Shown: positions 1 to 8,297, counted from the stretch's first letter. The stretch is DNA of 10,874 nt from Spirochaetota bacterium (GCA_035406685.1 DAONLM010000098.1:1-10874); one strand, 5' to 3'. Numbers and translations: made by a program. The notes: generated from the letters alone by a model not told the origin.

Positions 1-18
1 TAATCACAAATTTTTTGA

Positions 19-50
19 GAAAATCCTTTACAAAATTTAAGAAAAAAATT
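19..50. repeat. Left copy of a terminal inverted repeat. The core is GAAAATCCTTTACAA (19..33); its exact reverse complement sits at 10860..10874. Flanking similarity extends to roughly 32 bp with a few mismatches.
   Basis: Comparing bases 19..50 with the reverse complement of the last 32 bases of the window gives a 15/15 core, and I counted 27/32 overall. The core carries the only C-rich patch in an otherwise A/T-only stretch. Confidence 0.6.
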
Positions 51-92
51 AAAAAAAATTGACTAAAAATAAAATCACATCCTAAATTTAGT

Positions 93-121
93 TTGACAAT
101 AAATCTACTTTTTAGTATGAG
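93..121 (+). promoter_or_regulatory. Putative sigma70-type promoter for the exchanger gene: -35 TTGACA (93..98), 17-bp spacer, weak -10 TATGAG (116..121). The GGAGGG Shine-Dalgarno site follows at 138..143.
   Basis: Hexamers read directly from the sequence. The -10 matches 4/6, the TTGACA is perfect, and the distance to the ATG at 148 suits a short leader. Confidence 0.25.
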
Positions 122-147
122 TATTAAAAGAGAAATTGGAGGGTAAT

Positions 148-1167
148 ATGTCATATTTAAATAACTTATACCTCAATGTTCCAACAATTGTTAATATTTT
201 ATTCTTTATAGTTGGGCTTGCTATTTTAATTAAAGGGAGTGATTTATTCATAGATTCAGCGATTTTCTTTGCAAAAAAGGCAAAGGTAAGCGAAACAATA
301 ATTGGCTTAACTCTTGTAAGTATGGGGACAAGCCTTCCAGAATTAGCAACTAATATCAATTCTGCAATAAAAGGAAGAACAGCAGTTGCAATAGGAAATA
401 TAGCTGGGTCTAATATAACAAATATTGCTTTAATTGTGGGTGTTTCAGCATTAATTCTTGGAAACATTTATATTAATAAAAAAATATTATATAGAGATAC
501 CCCAATAATGATATTAACTACAATAATTCTTTTAATATTTTCATATTTTTTTGATAAAAATGTATTTGCGATAAACAGAGTAGAATCAATAATACTTGTT
601 ATTTTAATGGGTATATATATATGGTATCTATTAAGATTTAATAAAGAGCAGATTGAACAATCCAATGAACAAATAAAAATAAAGTCAATCCCAATAGCCA
701 TTTTATTTTTTATTTTAGGATTAGCTGGTGTTGTATTTGGATCAGATGTGATGGTAGATAATATACTTATTGTTGCCAAAAGATTTCACATAAGTGATGG
801 CGTAATAGGTGCGACAATTGTGGCAATAGGGACAAGTTTGCCAGAACTTGCAGTTTCATTCATTGCCATCATAAAAAAGAAACATGATTTAAGCATAGGA
901 AATGTTGTGGGAAGTAATATATTCAATATACTTTTTATAATAGGGATCACAGGGATAATAAGAGATGTAGCAATAATAAATGCAGAAGGAACCACTGATA
1001 ATCTTATGTTATTTTTTACTTTACCAGTGACATTAGGAATTGCAATTTTATTCTTTTTATTCTCTTTATTTGGCAAAAAAATAGGCAGAATAAAAGGTTT
1101 AATATTTTTATTACTTTTTATAGGTTTTATAATAGTAAATTATATGAGTGGAATATTTTTAAATTAA
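148..1167 (+). CDS. Na+/Ca2+ exchanger family membrane protein (CaCA / YrbG-like cation antiporter), ~339 aa.
   Basis: Two internal alpha-repeats carry the signature GTSLPEL (…VSMGTSLPELATNI… and …VAIGTSLPELAVSF…), each followed by G(N/S)(I/V)xGSNIxNI. The protein is polytopic and hydrophobic. The ORF track starts at a TTG (136), but the in-frame ATG at 148 lies 5 nt after GGAGG (138..142), so I use 148. Confidence 0.85.
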   Translation: MSYLNNLYLNVPTIVNILFFIVGLAILIKGSDLFIDSAIFFAKKAKVSETIIGLTLVSMGTSLPELATNINSAIKGRTAVAIGNIAGSNITNIALIVGVSALILGNIYINKKILYRDTPIMILTTIILLIFSYFFDKNVFAINRVESIILVILMGIYIWYLLRFNKEQIEQSNEQIKIKSIPIAILFFILGLAGVVFGSDVMVDNILIVAKRFHISDGVIGATIVAIGTSLPELAVSFIAIIKKKHDLSIGNVVGSNIFNILFIIGITGIIRDVAIINAEGTTDNLMLFFTLPVTLGIAILFFLFSLFGKKIGRIKGLIFLLLFIGFIIVNYMSGIFLN

Positions 1168-1187
1168 ATTCTGGAAATAATTAAAAA

Positions 1188-1844
1188 TCATTTTTGAAGA
1201 TAGTAAAATTTATTTTTTTCAAAATCATATTTTAAATAAGAGCCATTTTTTTGAAGAGAAAATATCAATCCATATTTTGAATATCTTGCAATAATGCCTG
1301 CTGTCCCTATTAATTGAGAAGAGGCTATTTTATCCCCTTTCTTAAAATAGACTCTATCAAGACCAGAATATATGGAAATTATTTCGTTACTATGTTTTAT
1401 AAATATTGTTATACCATAACCTTTTAAATTATCAACATGGATTACTGTTCCCTCTCCTACTGAAAAGACATTTCTATTTTGAATATTATTATCTGTAAAT
1501 ATTATTACTCCTCTAAAATTTGAAGTAACCAGAGGCTTTATATTTCCTTTTATAGGTAGGTAATAATTTACATATTTTTTTTGTTCTTCTTTTTTTACAT
1601 TTTTTTTATTTTCTGTATTTTGGAAACTCTCTTTTACAGGAATCTTTAATTTATCTCCTTTTTTTATTTTTGTAACATCTGTTATTTTATTTATCTTGCA
1701 TAATACTTCAAGAGGCACATTATAGCTTTTACTAATTCTCCATAGAGTCTCACCATCTTTAACATTGTGTATCTTATACGATTCAATAGAATACAAGAGG
1801 TATGAATTTACTAAAATCAATAAAAGGATTTTTATTTTAGTCAT
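1188..1844 (-). CDS. Secreted LysM-domain protein with a C-terminal degenerate (non-catalytic) M23/LytM peptidase domain: an NlpD/EnvC-like putative amidase activator.
   Basis: Signal peptide MTKIKILLLILVNSYLLYSIES. LysM motif DGETLWRISKSYNVPLEVLCKINKI…KKGDKLKIP. M23 fold motifs GYGITIFIKH…IYSGLDRV…GDKIASSQLIGTAG are present, but the Zn-ligand histidines (Y-x-HL and HLHFE) are replaced (YSGL, GLIFSLQ). The start is moved from the track's M1 (1922) to M27 (1844) because the signal peptide begins there and a GGGA Shine-Dalgarno-like site precedes it; no RBS precedes 1922. Confidence 0.7.
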   Translation of the reverse strand: MTKIKILLLILVNSYLLYSIESYKIHNVKDGETLWRISKSYNVPLEVLCKINKITDVTKIKKGDKLKIPVKESFQNTENKKNVKKEEQKKYVNYYLPIKGNIKPLVTSNFRGVIIFTDNNIQNRNVFSVGEGTVIHVDNLKGYGITIFIKHSNEIISIYSGLDRVYFKKGDKIASSQLIGTAGIIARYSKYGLIFSLQKNGSYLKYDFEKNKFYYLQK

Positions 1845-1979
1845 ATTTATCCCGACTATTCTGTAATATTGATAAATTCGACTATGACACTCATAATCTT
1901 GAAAATTTTTAAAAAAATACAAATAATTTTTTAGAAAAAATAGAAATTTCTTAGAGTAATCTTTTTATCAAAACACAAT

Positions 1980-3395
1980 TTAAAATTTTACTCTACATAT
2001 CAAAAGCCATCTGTGATAGTATCCTAAATTAGCACCACTGAATTCACCAATCTGCCAATCTTTATTGATCATACTCCAATCAAAAGGAAACATTGCCTGA
2101 ATAGATATATTAAATGCCTGGAATGGCTCAATTTCACCAAAAATAGTAAGTAATCCAGATTGATCATCTATCCCAAATAGATAACTTGTACCAAGACGAA
2201 GATAGTCATTAACCTTTACATTAATTAATCCAGAAATATAATCATGTCTTAAAAAGTTTAGGCTTTTTTTCTCTGATTTTAATAATTGTATTCTATTATA
2301 GGGATTGGTATATTTCCATTCTGATGAAACATAAATTTGATCTATACTATCCCACCAATCAAGCATACCAGAGCCATAAAAAAGATATTCTAATTTCAAA
2401 TAGACCCATCCTCCTGGCAATGTATAATCCACGCCAATTGAAGCCTCAAGTCCTTCATATCCATAAAAATTTTTGCCATAATATTTGCCACTCTTAAAAG
2501 ATTTATGCTCAAATTTATAAAGAATATCAAAAAAGAGTCCTATCTCAATATCTGCTTTAAAACTTACTGCTACAATATGAGAAAAATCATTATTTGTTGA
2601 CTCTTGGAGTCCAATTGAGGCCGGGTCTTTTTCATACTCTATTTGAGGTAAAAAAAATGCGTATAACAATTCGAAATTTATTTTTTTAAAAAAGAATTTA
2701 GCTTTTGTACCAAATTTAAAATCCCATCCTTTTGATTGCAAAGGATCATCTGGCGCAACTATAAAAGTTTGAATATTAAACAATCTTGCAGGATAGAATG
2801 ATGCAAGAATTGCAAGTCTTGGCTCTGGTCTTGCTGTAGGATTTAATGGATTTTTGGGATTAAAAAAGTCTATTGGGGAAAACATAGATTCTTTCTGTCC
2901 CGATGCTATTCTAATAAGTCCAGTCTCAATATCAAAATATTCGTTTCCAGCCTTAAAATATAATCTCTCCAATTCAAAGGATCCAACATATGCTGATTTA
3001 TAGTAAAATGGCAATGAAACTAGCTTTATTAGCCCCTTTTTGTTTAATAGTGCAGATTTATCAGTCGAAGAATCCCCTGCCTGAACAAAAAGAGAATCAG
3101 GGAAAAAATAGTCATAAAAATTGGTAAATGAACCAGAAAAGGTATTTATATTTATTGCAAAACCAAAAGAAAGATTTTCATTAATTTCTGAATTAAGTCT
3201 TAAATTTAAAAAATTATTTACCCCCCAATTAAATTCGCCATAGTCTGTATCTCTGTTAAAGGTTTTTGTATGCGCAAGATCTACTATACATTCATAACTA
3301 CCATTAAACTTAATAGATCCTTTCTTCTGAGAAAAGATATTTGCTATAATTCCTAATAATAAAATTAAGACAAATAAAAATTTAAAACCTCTCAT
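1980..3395 (-). CDS. Hypothetical outer-membrane beta-barrel protein (471 aa) with signal peptide, aromatic-rich alternating segments and a C-terminal Phe.
   Basis: N-terminal signal peptide MRGFKFLFVLILLLGIIANIFSQ. Many alternating hydrophobic/aromatic stretches (…YLKLEYLFYGSG…, …GTSYLFGID…). The protein ends …RVKF, a terminal aromatic typical of BAM-targeted OMPs. An AAGAGGA RBS lies 7 nt upstream of the ATG. I recognise no specific family. Confidence 0.5.
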   Translation of the reverse strand: MRGFKFLFVLILLLGIIANIFSQKKGSIKFNGSYECIVDLAHTKTFNRDTDYGEFNWGVNNFLNLRLNSEINENLSFGFAININTFSGSFTNFYDYFFPDSLFVQAGDSSTDKSALLNKKGLIKLVSLPFYYKSAYVGSFELERLYFKAGNEYFDIETGLIRIASGQKESMFSPIDFFNPKNPLNPTARPEPRLAILASFYPARLFNIQTFIVAPDDPLQSKGWDFKFGTKAKFFFKKINFELLYAFFLPQIEYEKDPASIGLQESTNNDFSHIVAVSFKADIEIGLFFDILYKFEHKSFKSGKYYGKNFYGYEGLEASIGVDYTLPGGWVYLKLEYLFYGSGMLDWWDSIDQIYVSSEWKYTNPYNRIQLLKSEKKSLNFLRHDYISGLINVKVNDYLRLGTSYLFGIDDQSGLLTIFGEIEPFQAFNISIQAMFPFDWSMINKDWQIGEFSGANLGYYHRWLLICRVKF

Positions 3396-3478
3396 TGAAT
3401 TATCCTCTTAATATTTATTTTTTTTTAAATATTTTTAAAATAACTATAATTTATTAATTTAGTAAAATAATAAACCAC

Positions 3479-3555
3479 AGATATCCCCCGTCATTTATAG
3501 GGATATCCCCTTCTCATAACCAGATATCCCTTGTTGAAATATACAGATATCCCCT
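3479..3555. repeat. Four direct repeats of (A/G)GATATCCCC phased at 22, 21 and 23 bp (3479..3489, 3501..3510, 3522..3530, 3545..3554). The second copy is the perfect palindrome GGGATATCCC. A 56-bp A/T-only tract (3421..3476) sits immediately beside them. The arrangement looks like iterons or a regulator-binding array.
   Basis: Read directly from the sequence. These are the only C4-5 runs in a ~200-bp intergenic region between the permease stop (3592) and the OMP start (3395). On the gene-sense strand they read GGGGATATCT(G). Confidence 0.6.
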
Positions 3556-3591
3556 TTTATTTTTATAGAATAACATATATTTTTATATTCT

Positions 3592-4926
3592 TTACTCAAA
3601 CCTCATTGCATCGGTAACAGACGTTTTTAATGCTCTTTTAACAGGTGGCAATGCCATAATAGCTGCTATTAAAGTTGCAAAAATCATAGAGATAATCATC
3701 ACTGGAATATTCCAAGAAGATTTAAATACACCAATCACCCTGTAGCCAAAATTTTCCATATTCATATTTGTTAATATTTCTGTCATATCGATACCAACAT
3801 TTGTCATATAAATATTTATTAAAATTCCAATAATAACACCAATAGTTGAGCCTATCAAACCAATCAAGCCCGCTTCATATACAAAAAGTTTTTTTACTTC
3901 ATTATCTTTCATACCCAATGCCCTTAACATCCCAATCTCTTTTGTTCTTTCAAAAACAGCCATAAGCATAGTATTTGCTATACCAATGATTGAAAGAAAT
4001 ATTAAAAAGATTGATACAAGTTTAGAAGTTCCGGTCTTAGTAGCAGAAATAGATATAAAATCAAGAGCATCATCATACCAGCTTACCAGAATAAGATCTT
4101 CATCATTTATATTTTTATCATTTAATGTCTTTAATTGTGGAATATGCTTTTTAATAACGCTTATACTCTCGTTTCTATGTGGTAAACCAGAAATATTTTT
4201 ATTCTTTTTTCTTATACAAATTTCAGTAATACCACCTTCAAGAAGTAGTCCCTTTTCATCTTGTAAAATATCAAGCGAGATATATCCTATTTTACCATTG
4301 AGATATGGATTTGGACAATTAATTAATCCGCATACTCTCAACTCAATTAATTGATGTATATGTTTTATATTTCCATTTTCATCCTTTCTGTCAATAACTG
4401 TTGTAAGTCTTACAGTATCACCTATATCAACCCCCAGATCCTTTGCCCCTCTTATGCCAAGTAAAATTTCAAACTGATTTTTTTCCGGAAATTTCCCATT
4501 TTCTATAAAATTATGAGTTATAAAAACCTTTTTCTCCATCTCTGGTTCAATGCCAACAAATAAAAAAGGCAATTCTCCATCCTTACTCAAAAGAGAACCA
4601 GCAAATTTTATCCGTGGGGCAGCATCATATCCTATTTTATCAAGAGATTTTAAAATATCTTCATAGTTTGTAAAAGCCTCATACATCGGTAGTTCATCTT
4701 TTATATCAAAATATCTCTTCTTATAAATTTTTACTTCTCCAGTCTCAAAATTAACAAGATTTCTTCTCGAATCAATGTCTATTCCATACAAAAATGCATC
4801 TATAAATATAAAAACAGTAACAGAAATTGTAATTGCAAGGATAGTAAAAAAAGATTTTAATCTATGCCTTTTAAGATTGGCAAATGCCATTTTTAAGAAA
4901 AACATGTTAGAACTCTTAAGTTTCAT
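3592..4926 (-). CDS. ABC transporter permease, FtsX/MacB-LolE family. Predicted layout: N-terminal TM helix, large periplasmic domain, C-terminal FtsX 3-TM domain. ~444 aa.
   Basis: N-terminus AFANLKRHRLKSFFTILAITISVTVF is the MacB/LolC-type TM1. The C-terminal FtsX region reads …GIANTMLMAVFERTKEIGMLRALGMK… and ends …DAMRFE. The start is set at M32 of the track ORF (ATG 4926..4924), 10 nt after a perfect AAGGAGGT site (4937..4944 on +). The upstream in-frame extension has no RBS. Confidence 0.85.
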   Translation of the reverse strand: MKLKSSNMFFLKMAFANLKRHRLKSFFTILAITISVTVFIFIDAFLYGIDIDSRRNLVNFETGEVKIYKKRYFDIKDELPMYEAFTNYEDILKSLDKIGYDAAPRIKFAGSLLSKDGELPFLFVGIEPEMEKKVFITHNFIENGKFPEKNQFEILLGIRGAKDLGVDIGDTVRLTTVIDRKDENGNIKHIHQLIELRVCGLINCPNPYLNGKIGYISLDILQDEKGLLLEGGITEICIRKKNKNISGLPHRNESISVIKKHIPQLKTLNDKNINDEDLILVSWYDDALDFISISATKTGTSKLVSIFLIFLSIIGIANTMLMAVFERTKEIGMLRALGMKDNEVKKLFVYEAGLIGLIGSTIGVIIGILINIYMTNVGIDMTEILTNMNMENFGYRVIGVFKSSWNIPVMIISMIFATLIAAIMALPPVKRALKTSVTDAMRFE

Positions 4927-4966
4927 ATTAGACCTAACCTCCTTAAAAACTAAACTTCCTCTATCA

Positions 4967-5695
4967 CTACTTTTTAAGATTTTTGAGACTAAATACACTA
5001 TCTGGAATTTTAACATCAAGATCTATATTTTTCATAATAAACTCAGTCTTTGAATTCTTTCTTAATAAATCCCTTGTCTCTATCTGAACTGGAAAATTCT
5101 TACCTTTTATCTTTTCATATTTTATTATTTTATTCTCTTTTAATGCTGCGCCAGAAAGAGAGTATAACTCCTCTTTTAATGGAAGATAGATATCCTTTTC
5201 AACCCAGAGTTTTCTCTTGGGATATGAGACATTCTTTGTCTTTGCCGTTAATTCTAAAACCCATACATTCTTCCCATCATAAGTTATCTCCTCAACTATT
5301 TTTGCATTATATTGTGCAGAGAGTGTATTATTTTCTGTCATATCCTCATAAGAAAGATCTGATCCCATCACAGACTCTTTTAACATATGTCCTGTTATCT
5401 GCATAACATCTTCCAGATCTTCAGAATATACATAGAGAGTCCCTTCTATCTTTAAATATTTTGTCCCAAGATCATCCTGATTTGTAAATTCAGTAAAAAA
5501 TTCTTTATTCCCTCTTGCAAGAGTCTTAAATGTTTTAACATATTTCTTTCCAGAAATATATATAATCATCTCACCTTCATATTTTATAGAATCATAAACC
5601 TGATTGTTATCAATATTTTTCAAGATGGTATTTGCATCCTGAGAAAAAATCAATAAATTGACAATCAAAAATAAAAATATAAATCTCTTTTTCAT
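4967..5695 (-). CDS. Secreted LolA-like / 'outer-membrane lipoprotein-sorting' family protein (periplasmic carrier-like), 242 aa.
   Basis: Signal peptide MKKRFIFLFLIVNLLIFSQ with no lipobox Cys. It is ~24 kDa, rich in beta-strand-type alternation, and sandwiched between FtsX permease genes, as LolA_like (PF17131-type) proteins commonly are. An AAGGAG RBS lies 5 nt upstream. The family call rests on recollection of family character and context, not on a search. Confidence 0.5.
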   Translation of the reverse strand: MKKRFIFLFLIVNLLIFSQDANTILKNIDNNQVYDSIKYEGEMIIYISGKKYVKTFKTLARGNKEFFTEFTNQDDLGTKYLKIEGTLYVYSEDLEDVMQITGHMLKESVMGSDLSYEDMTENNTLSAQYNAKIVEEITYDGKNVWVLELTAKTKNVSYPKRKLWVEKDIYLPLKEELYSLSGAALKENKIIKYEKIKGKNFPVQIETRDLLRKNSKTEFIMKNIDLDVKIPDSVFSLKNLKK

Positions 5696-5736
5696 AAAAA
5701 CTCCTTTTTTATAAAATATTCTATCAAAGATAGATC

Positions 5737-6990
5737 TTATCTTCTTAGAGCTTCAACCGGCTCAATAAATGCTGATTTTAATGAGGGAAAAATTGTGCAA
5801 ATACTGGACACCACAATTCCAAAGAAAAAAGCCTCAATTAAATAGATAAAAGAAAAACTTATATATATTGTATTACTTATTGGCAGCTCAATACCACCAG
5901 TCATCTGTTCAACACTTATTGGAAAGTTCTGTAATATTCCAGTAACAATTCCCCCTAATATTATGCCAATAAGAGAGCCTATTTTACTCAAAATCACTGC
6001 CTCTAAAAAAAATAACCCTACAATCTCACCTCTTTTCATACCCAAAGCACCCATCATTCCTATCTCTTTTATTCTCTCATGGATTACCATAATTATTGTA
6101 TTTACTATTAAAAATGAGGCTACTATTATAAATACAATGTAAATAATACTATATATTATGTTTACCTGTTGCAACATTGTAACCCAGTAATTCTTTTTCC
6201 ATTCTTTTATAAGAGTCTTTTCTTTATTAAAGATATTTTCAATCTCTTTTATTATTTTTGAAGAATCTTCTGGATTTTCTAAAAAGACAAAGATCTGCTG
6301 AGTCTGTCCCTGTAAATTTGCGACTTTCTGTAACTTATCAATAGGAACAATTATATAATTATTGTCATAACTAAGAAAATCAAAATCAAACATTCCAACA
6401 ACTTTGGGCATAAAAAACTTATCAGAATATTGACTTGAGACTATCTTCATTTGAAGTTTGTCTCCAATATTTAAGCCTATCTTTTTAGCAAGTCTATAAC
6501 CAATAAGGCATTCATTCTTATTAGGATCCGGTATTTTTGAATCTTTTAATAAACCATTACTTTTGGTCTTTTGATTCAAAAAGTTTGTACTTGCCTCTTT
6601 TTCAAAATCAACTCCCCATATAACAGCATGTTTAACATTACTATTTGTAAGAGTTGCTATTGCTGTAATTCTTAGATTAACACTCTTCACACCTTTTATA
6701 CTCTCTATCTTTTTAACAATTGTCTCTAAATCCTCTTCTGTCTCAATTGCAAACTGTAATGGATAAAACTCCTTTTTATTTTCAAAATCTTTTGAATTTA
6801 TAAGAATATCTCCTATCTCATAAGTTCTTAATGTATAAGAATAACTTCTGAGCATCCCATTTACGAAGGAGATCATTATGACTATAAAAAATACCGCAAC
6901 AGCAATTGCTATTATACAGAATATGGATCTTCTTAAATTTCTAAAGATATTTCTATAAGCAATTGTTATTAAACTAAATAAACTATTCAT
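5737..6990 (-). CDS. ABC transporter permease, FtsX/MacB-LolC family, 417 aa. It is not a close paralogue of the other two permeases.
   Basis: N-terminal TM1 IAYRNIFRNLRRSIFCIIAIAVAVFFIVIMI, a ~230-aa periplasmic region, and a C-terminal FtsX domain …IVNTIIMVIHERIKEIGMMGALGMKRGEI… ending …EALRR. An AAGGAGG RBS lies 5 nt upstream of the ATG at 6990. Confidence 0.85.
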   Translation of the reverse strand: MNSLFSLITIAYRNIFRNLRRSIFCIIAIAVAVFFIVIMISFVNGMLRSYSYTLRTYEIGDILINSKDFENKKEFYPLQFAIETEEDLETIVKKIESIKGVKSVNLRITAIATLTNSNVKHAVIWGVDFEKEASTNFLNQKTKSNGLLKDSKIPDPNKNECLIGYRLAKKIGLNIGDKLQMKIVSSQYSDKFFMPKVVGMFDFDFLSYDNNYIIVPIDKLQKVANLQGQTQQIFVFLENPEDSSKIIKEIENIFNKEKTLIKEWKKNYWVTMLQQVNIIYSIIYIVFIIVASFLIVNTIIMVIHERIKEIGMMGALGMKRGEIVGLFFLEAVILSKIGSLIGIILGGIVTGILQNFPISVEQMTGGIELPISNTIYISFSFIYLIEAFFFGIVVSSICTIFPSLKSAFIEPVEALRR

Positions 6991-7007
6991 AAAATCCTCC
7001 TTAAAAA

Positions 7008-8297
7008 TTATTCAAATCTTAAAGCATCAACAATATTTATCTTTAATGCCCTCTTTACTGGGAAATATGCGGTTAAAGATGCTATTAAGGTAGAAAAGAT
7101 ACCGGATAAAACTATCTTATCCCAGTTCCAGATGGATTTAAAAATACCTATTACCCTGTATCCAATATTTTCCATATTACTTTTCTCAAAGAATTCAGTA
7201 TAATCAATCCCAATATTTACCATATAAAGATTTGTAATAATACCCAATATTATTCCAGCAAAAGCGCCAATAAACCCAATTAGCCCTGCTTCCATAAAAT
7301 ATAAAAGGCTTATTTCACTATCCTTTGTCCCCAATGCTTTTAACATCCCAATCTCTTTTGTCCTTTCAGTAACAGCCATAAGCATTGTATTTGCTATTCC
7401 GATTACAGCAAGTGTCAAAAGAAGAGCAATTGTAATATATGATAATATCGCATCTCCACTCGATACAGATATATAATCCTTTGCATCCTTGTCCCAGTCC
7501 ACAAGTATCAAATCCCCTGGTAATAGATCTTTTATCTTATTCTCAATAAATTTTGCCTTTTCACTATTTTTGGGCAGTTCTGTAAAATTTGCATCTTTTT
7601 TTCTTATACAGATTTCTGTAATATGACCTTCAAGCATAAGCCCCATCTCATCCTGTAAGATAGACAATGGAAGATATGCTATTTTACCATTAATTATTGA
7701 ATTTGTAGAATTGATTATCCCTATTACTCTTAATTCCATTACCTGATAAATATGTTTTATCTTATTATTCTCATCTTTTTTATCAATAACAGTGCTAAGC
7801 TTAACTGTATCTCCAATATCAACTCCTAAATCCTTTGCTCCCTTTATACCAAGGACAATTCCAAATAGATTATCTTCAACAAAAGTCCCTTTTTCTATAA
7901 ACTCATGAGTCTTAAAGACTCTTTTCTCTAATTCTGGATTAACTCCTATAAATAAGAATGGCAATTCTATCTCTTTACTTAAAAGAGAACCTGTAAATTT
8001 TATCCTTGGCGATGCATTGTATCCCTCTTTATCGAGTCTCTCTATTATCTTTTCATAATTCTTAAAACTCTCATACATTGGAATTTCATCTTTCTTTTCA
8101 AAATACTCTTTTTTATAAATCTTTACAGATCCGATCTCAAAATTGATAAGATTTCTCTTTGAATCTATCTGAATGCCACTAAGCCAGGCGTCTATAAATA
8201 TATAAAGCCAGACACCAATTGCTATTGCAGTAGATGTTATAATAGTCTTTGTCTTATGTCTTGAAAGATTTTTAAAAGCAAGATTTAGTAATTTCAT
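7008..8297 (-). CDS. ABC transporter permease, FtsX/MacB-LolE family, 429 aa. It is a close paralogue of the 3592..4926 gene.
   Basis: LAFKNLSRHKTKTIITSTAIAIGVWLYIFIDAW N-terminal TM1. The C-terminus reads …GIANTMLMAVTERTKEIGMLKALGTK… …DALRFE. It is visibly ~60% identical to the 3592..4926 product along its whole length. Its start codon overlaps the ATPase stop (ATGA), and an AGAGGA Shine-Dalgarno site lies inside the ATPase 3' end. Confidence 0.85.
   Translation of the reverse strand: MKLLNLAFKNLSRHKTKTIITSTAIAIGVWLYIFIDAWLSGIQIDSKRNLINFEIGSVKIYKKEYFEKKDEIPMYESFKNYEKIIERLDKEGYNASPRIKFTGSLLSKEIELPFLFIGVNPELEKRVFKTHEFIEKGTFVEDNLFGIVLGIKGAKDLGVDIGDTVKLSTVIDKKDENNKIKHIYQVMELRVIGIINSTNSIINGKIAYLPLSILQDEMGLMLEGHITEICIRKKDANFTELPKNSEKAKFIENKIKDLLPGDLILVDWDKDAKDYISVSSGDAILSYITIALLLTLAVIGIANTMLMAVTERTKEIGMLKALGTKDSEISLLYFMEAGLIGFIGAFAGIILGIITNLYMVNIGIDYTEFFEKSNMENIGYRVIGIFKSIWNWDKIVLSGIFSTLIASLTAYFPVKRALKINIVDALRFE

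Noticed and set aside
136-147. TTG start for the antiporter, as in the ORF track.
   Set aside because: An in-frame ATG four codons downstream (148) lies at ideal spacing from GGAGG. The TTG would sit on top of the Shine-Dalgarno site itself.
105-1076. Minus-strand ORFs 105..467, 468..779 and 786..1076 (96–120 aa) lying inside the antiporter gene.
   Set aside because: They are antisense shadows of a well-supported membrane-protein CDS. Their translations are low-complexity and I/L/K-rich with no motifs, as expected for the reverse frame of A/T-rich coding DNA.
1845-1922. The 26-codon N-terminal extension of the LysM protein (start at 1922).
   Set aside because: There is no RBS upstream of 1922 and the extension is not signal-like. 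M27 begins a textbook signal peptide and has a GGGA site upstream.
1923-1979. Intrinsic terminator after the OMP gene (palindromic AGAAATTTCT followed by T-run on the minus strand).
   Set aside because: The stem is A/T-only with no room for a loop. It is energetically negligible and indistinguishable from background A/T symmetry.
3479-3555. Mini-CRISPR array (four short repeats with spacers).
   Set aside because: The repeat is only ~10 bp and the spacers are ~12 bp, far below CRISPR dimensions. No cas genes are present.
3421-3568. Chromosomal origin of replication (oriC) because of DnaA-box-like words and an A/T tract.
   Set aside because: Only a loose match to TTATCCACA exists. No dnaA or dnaN gene is nearby, and all flanking genes run in one direction rather than diverging. 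The region is kept as an iteron-like finding, not called as an origin.
4927-5019. The 31-codon N-terminal extension of the 3592.. permease, which would overlap the LolA-like gene end.
   Set aside because: A perfect AAGGAGGT lies inside the extension, 10 nt before M32. The paralogue 7008..8297 aligns from M32 onward, not before.
3986-5406. Plus-strand ORFs 3986..4354, 4775..5053 and 5050..5406 overlapping the permease and LolA-like genes.
   Set aside because: They are antisense to strongly supported minus-strand genes. They have no RBS and no recognisable domain, and they span an intergenic junction of the real genes.
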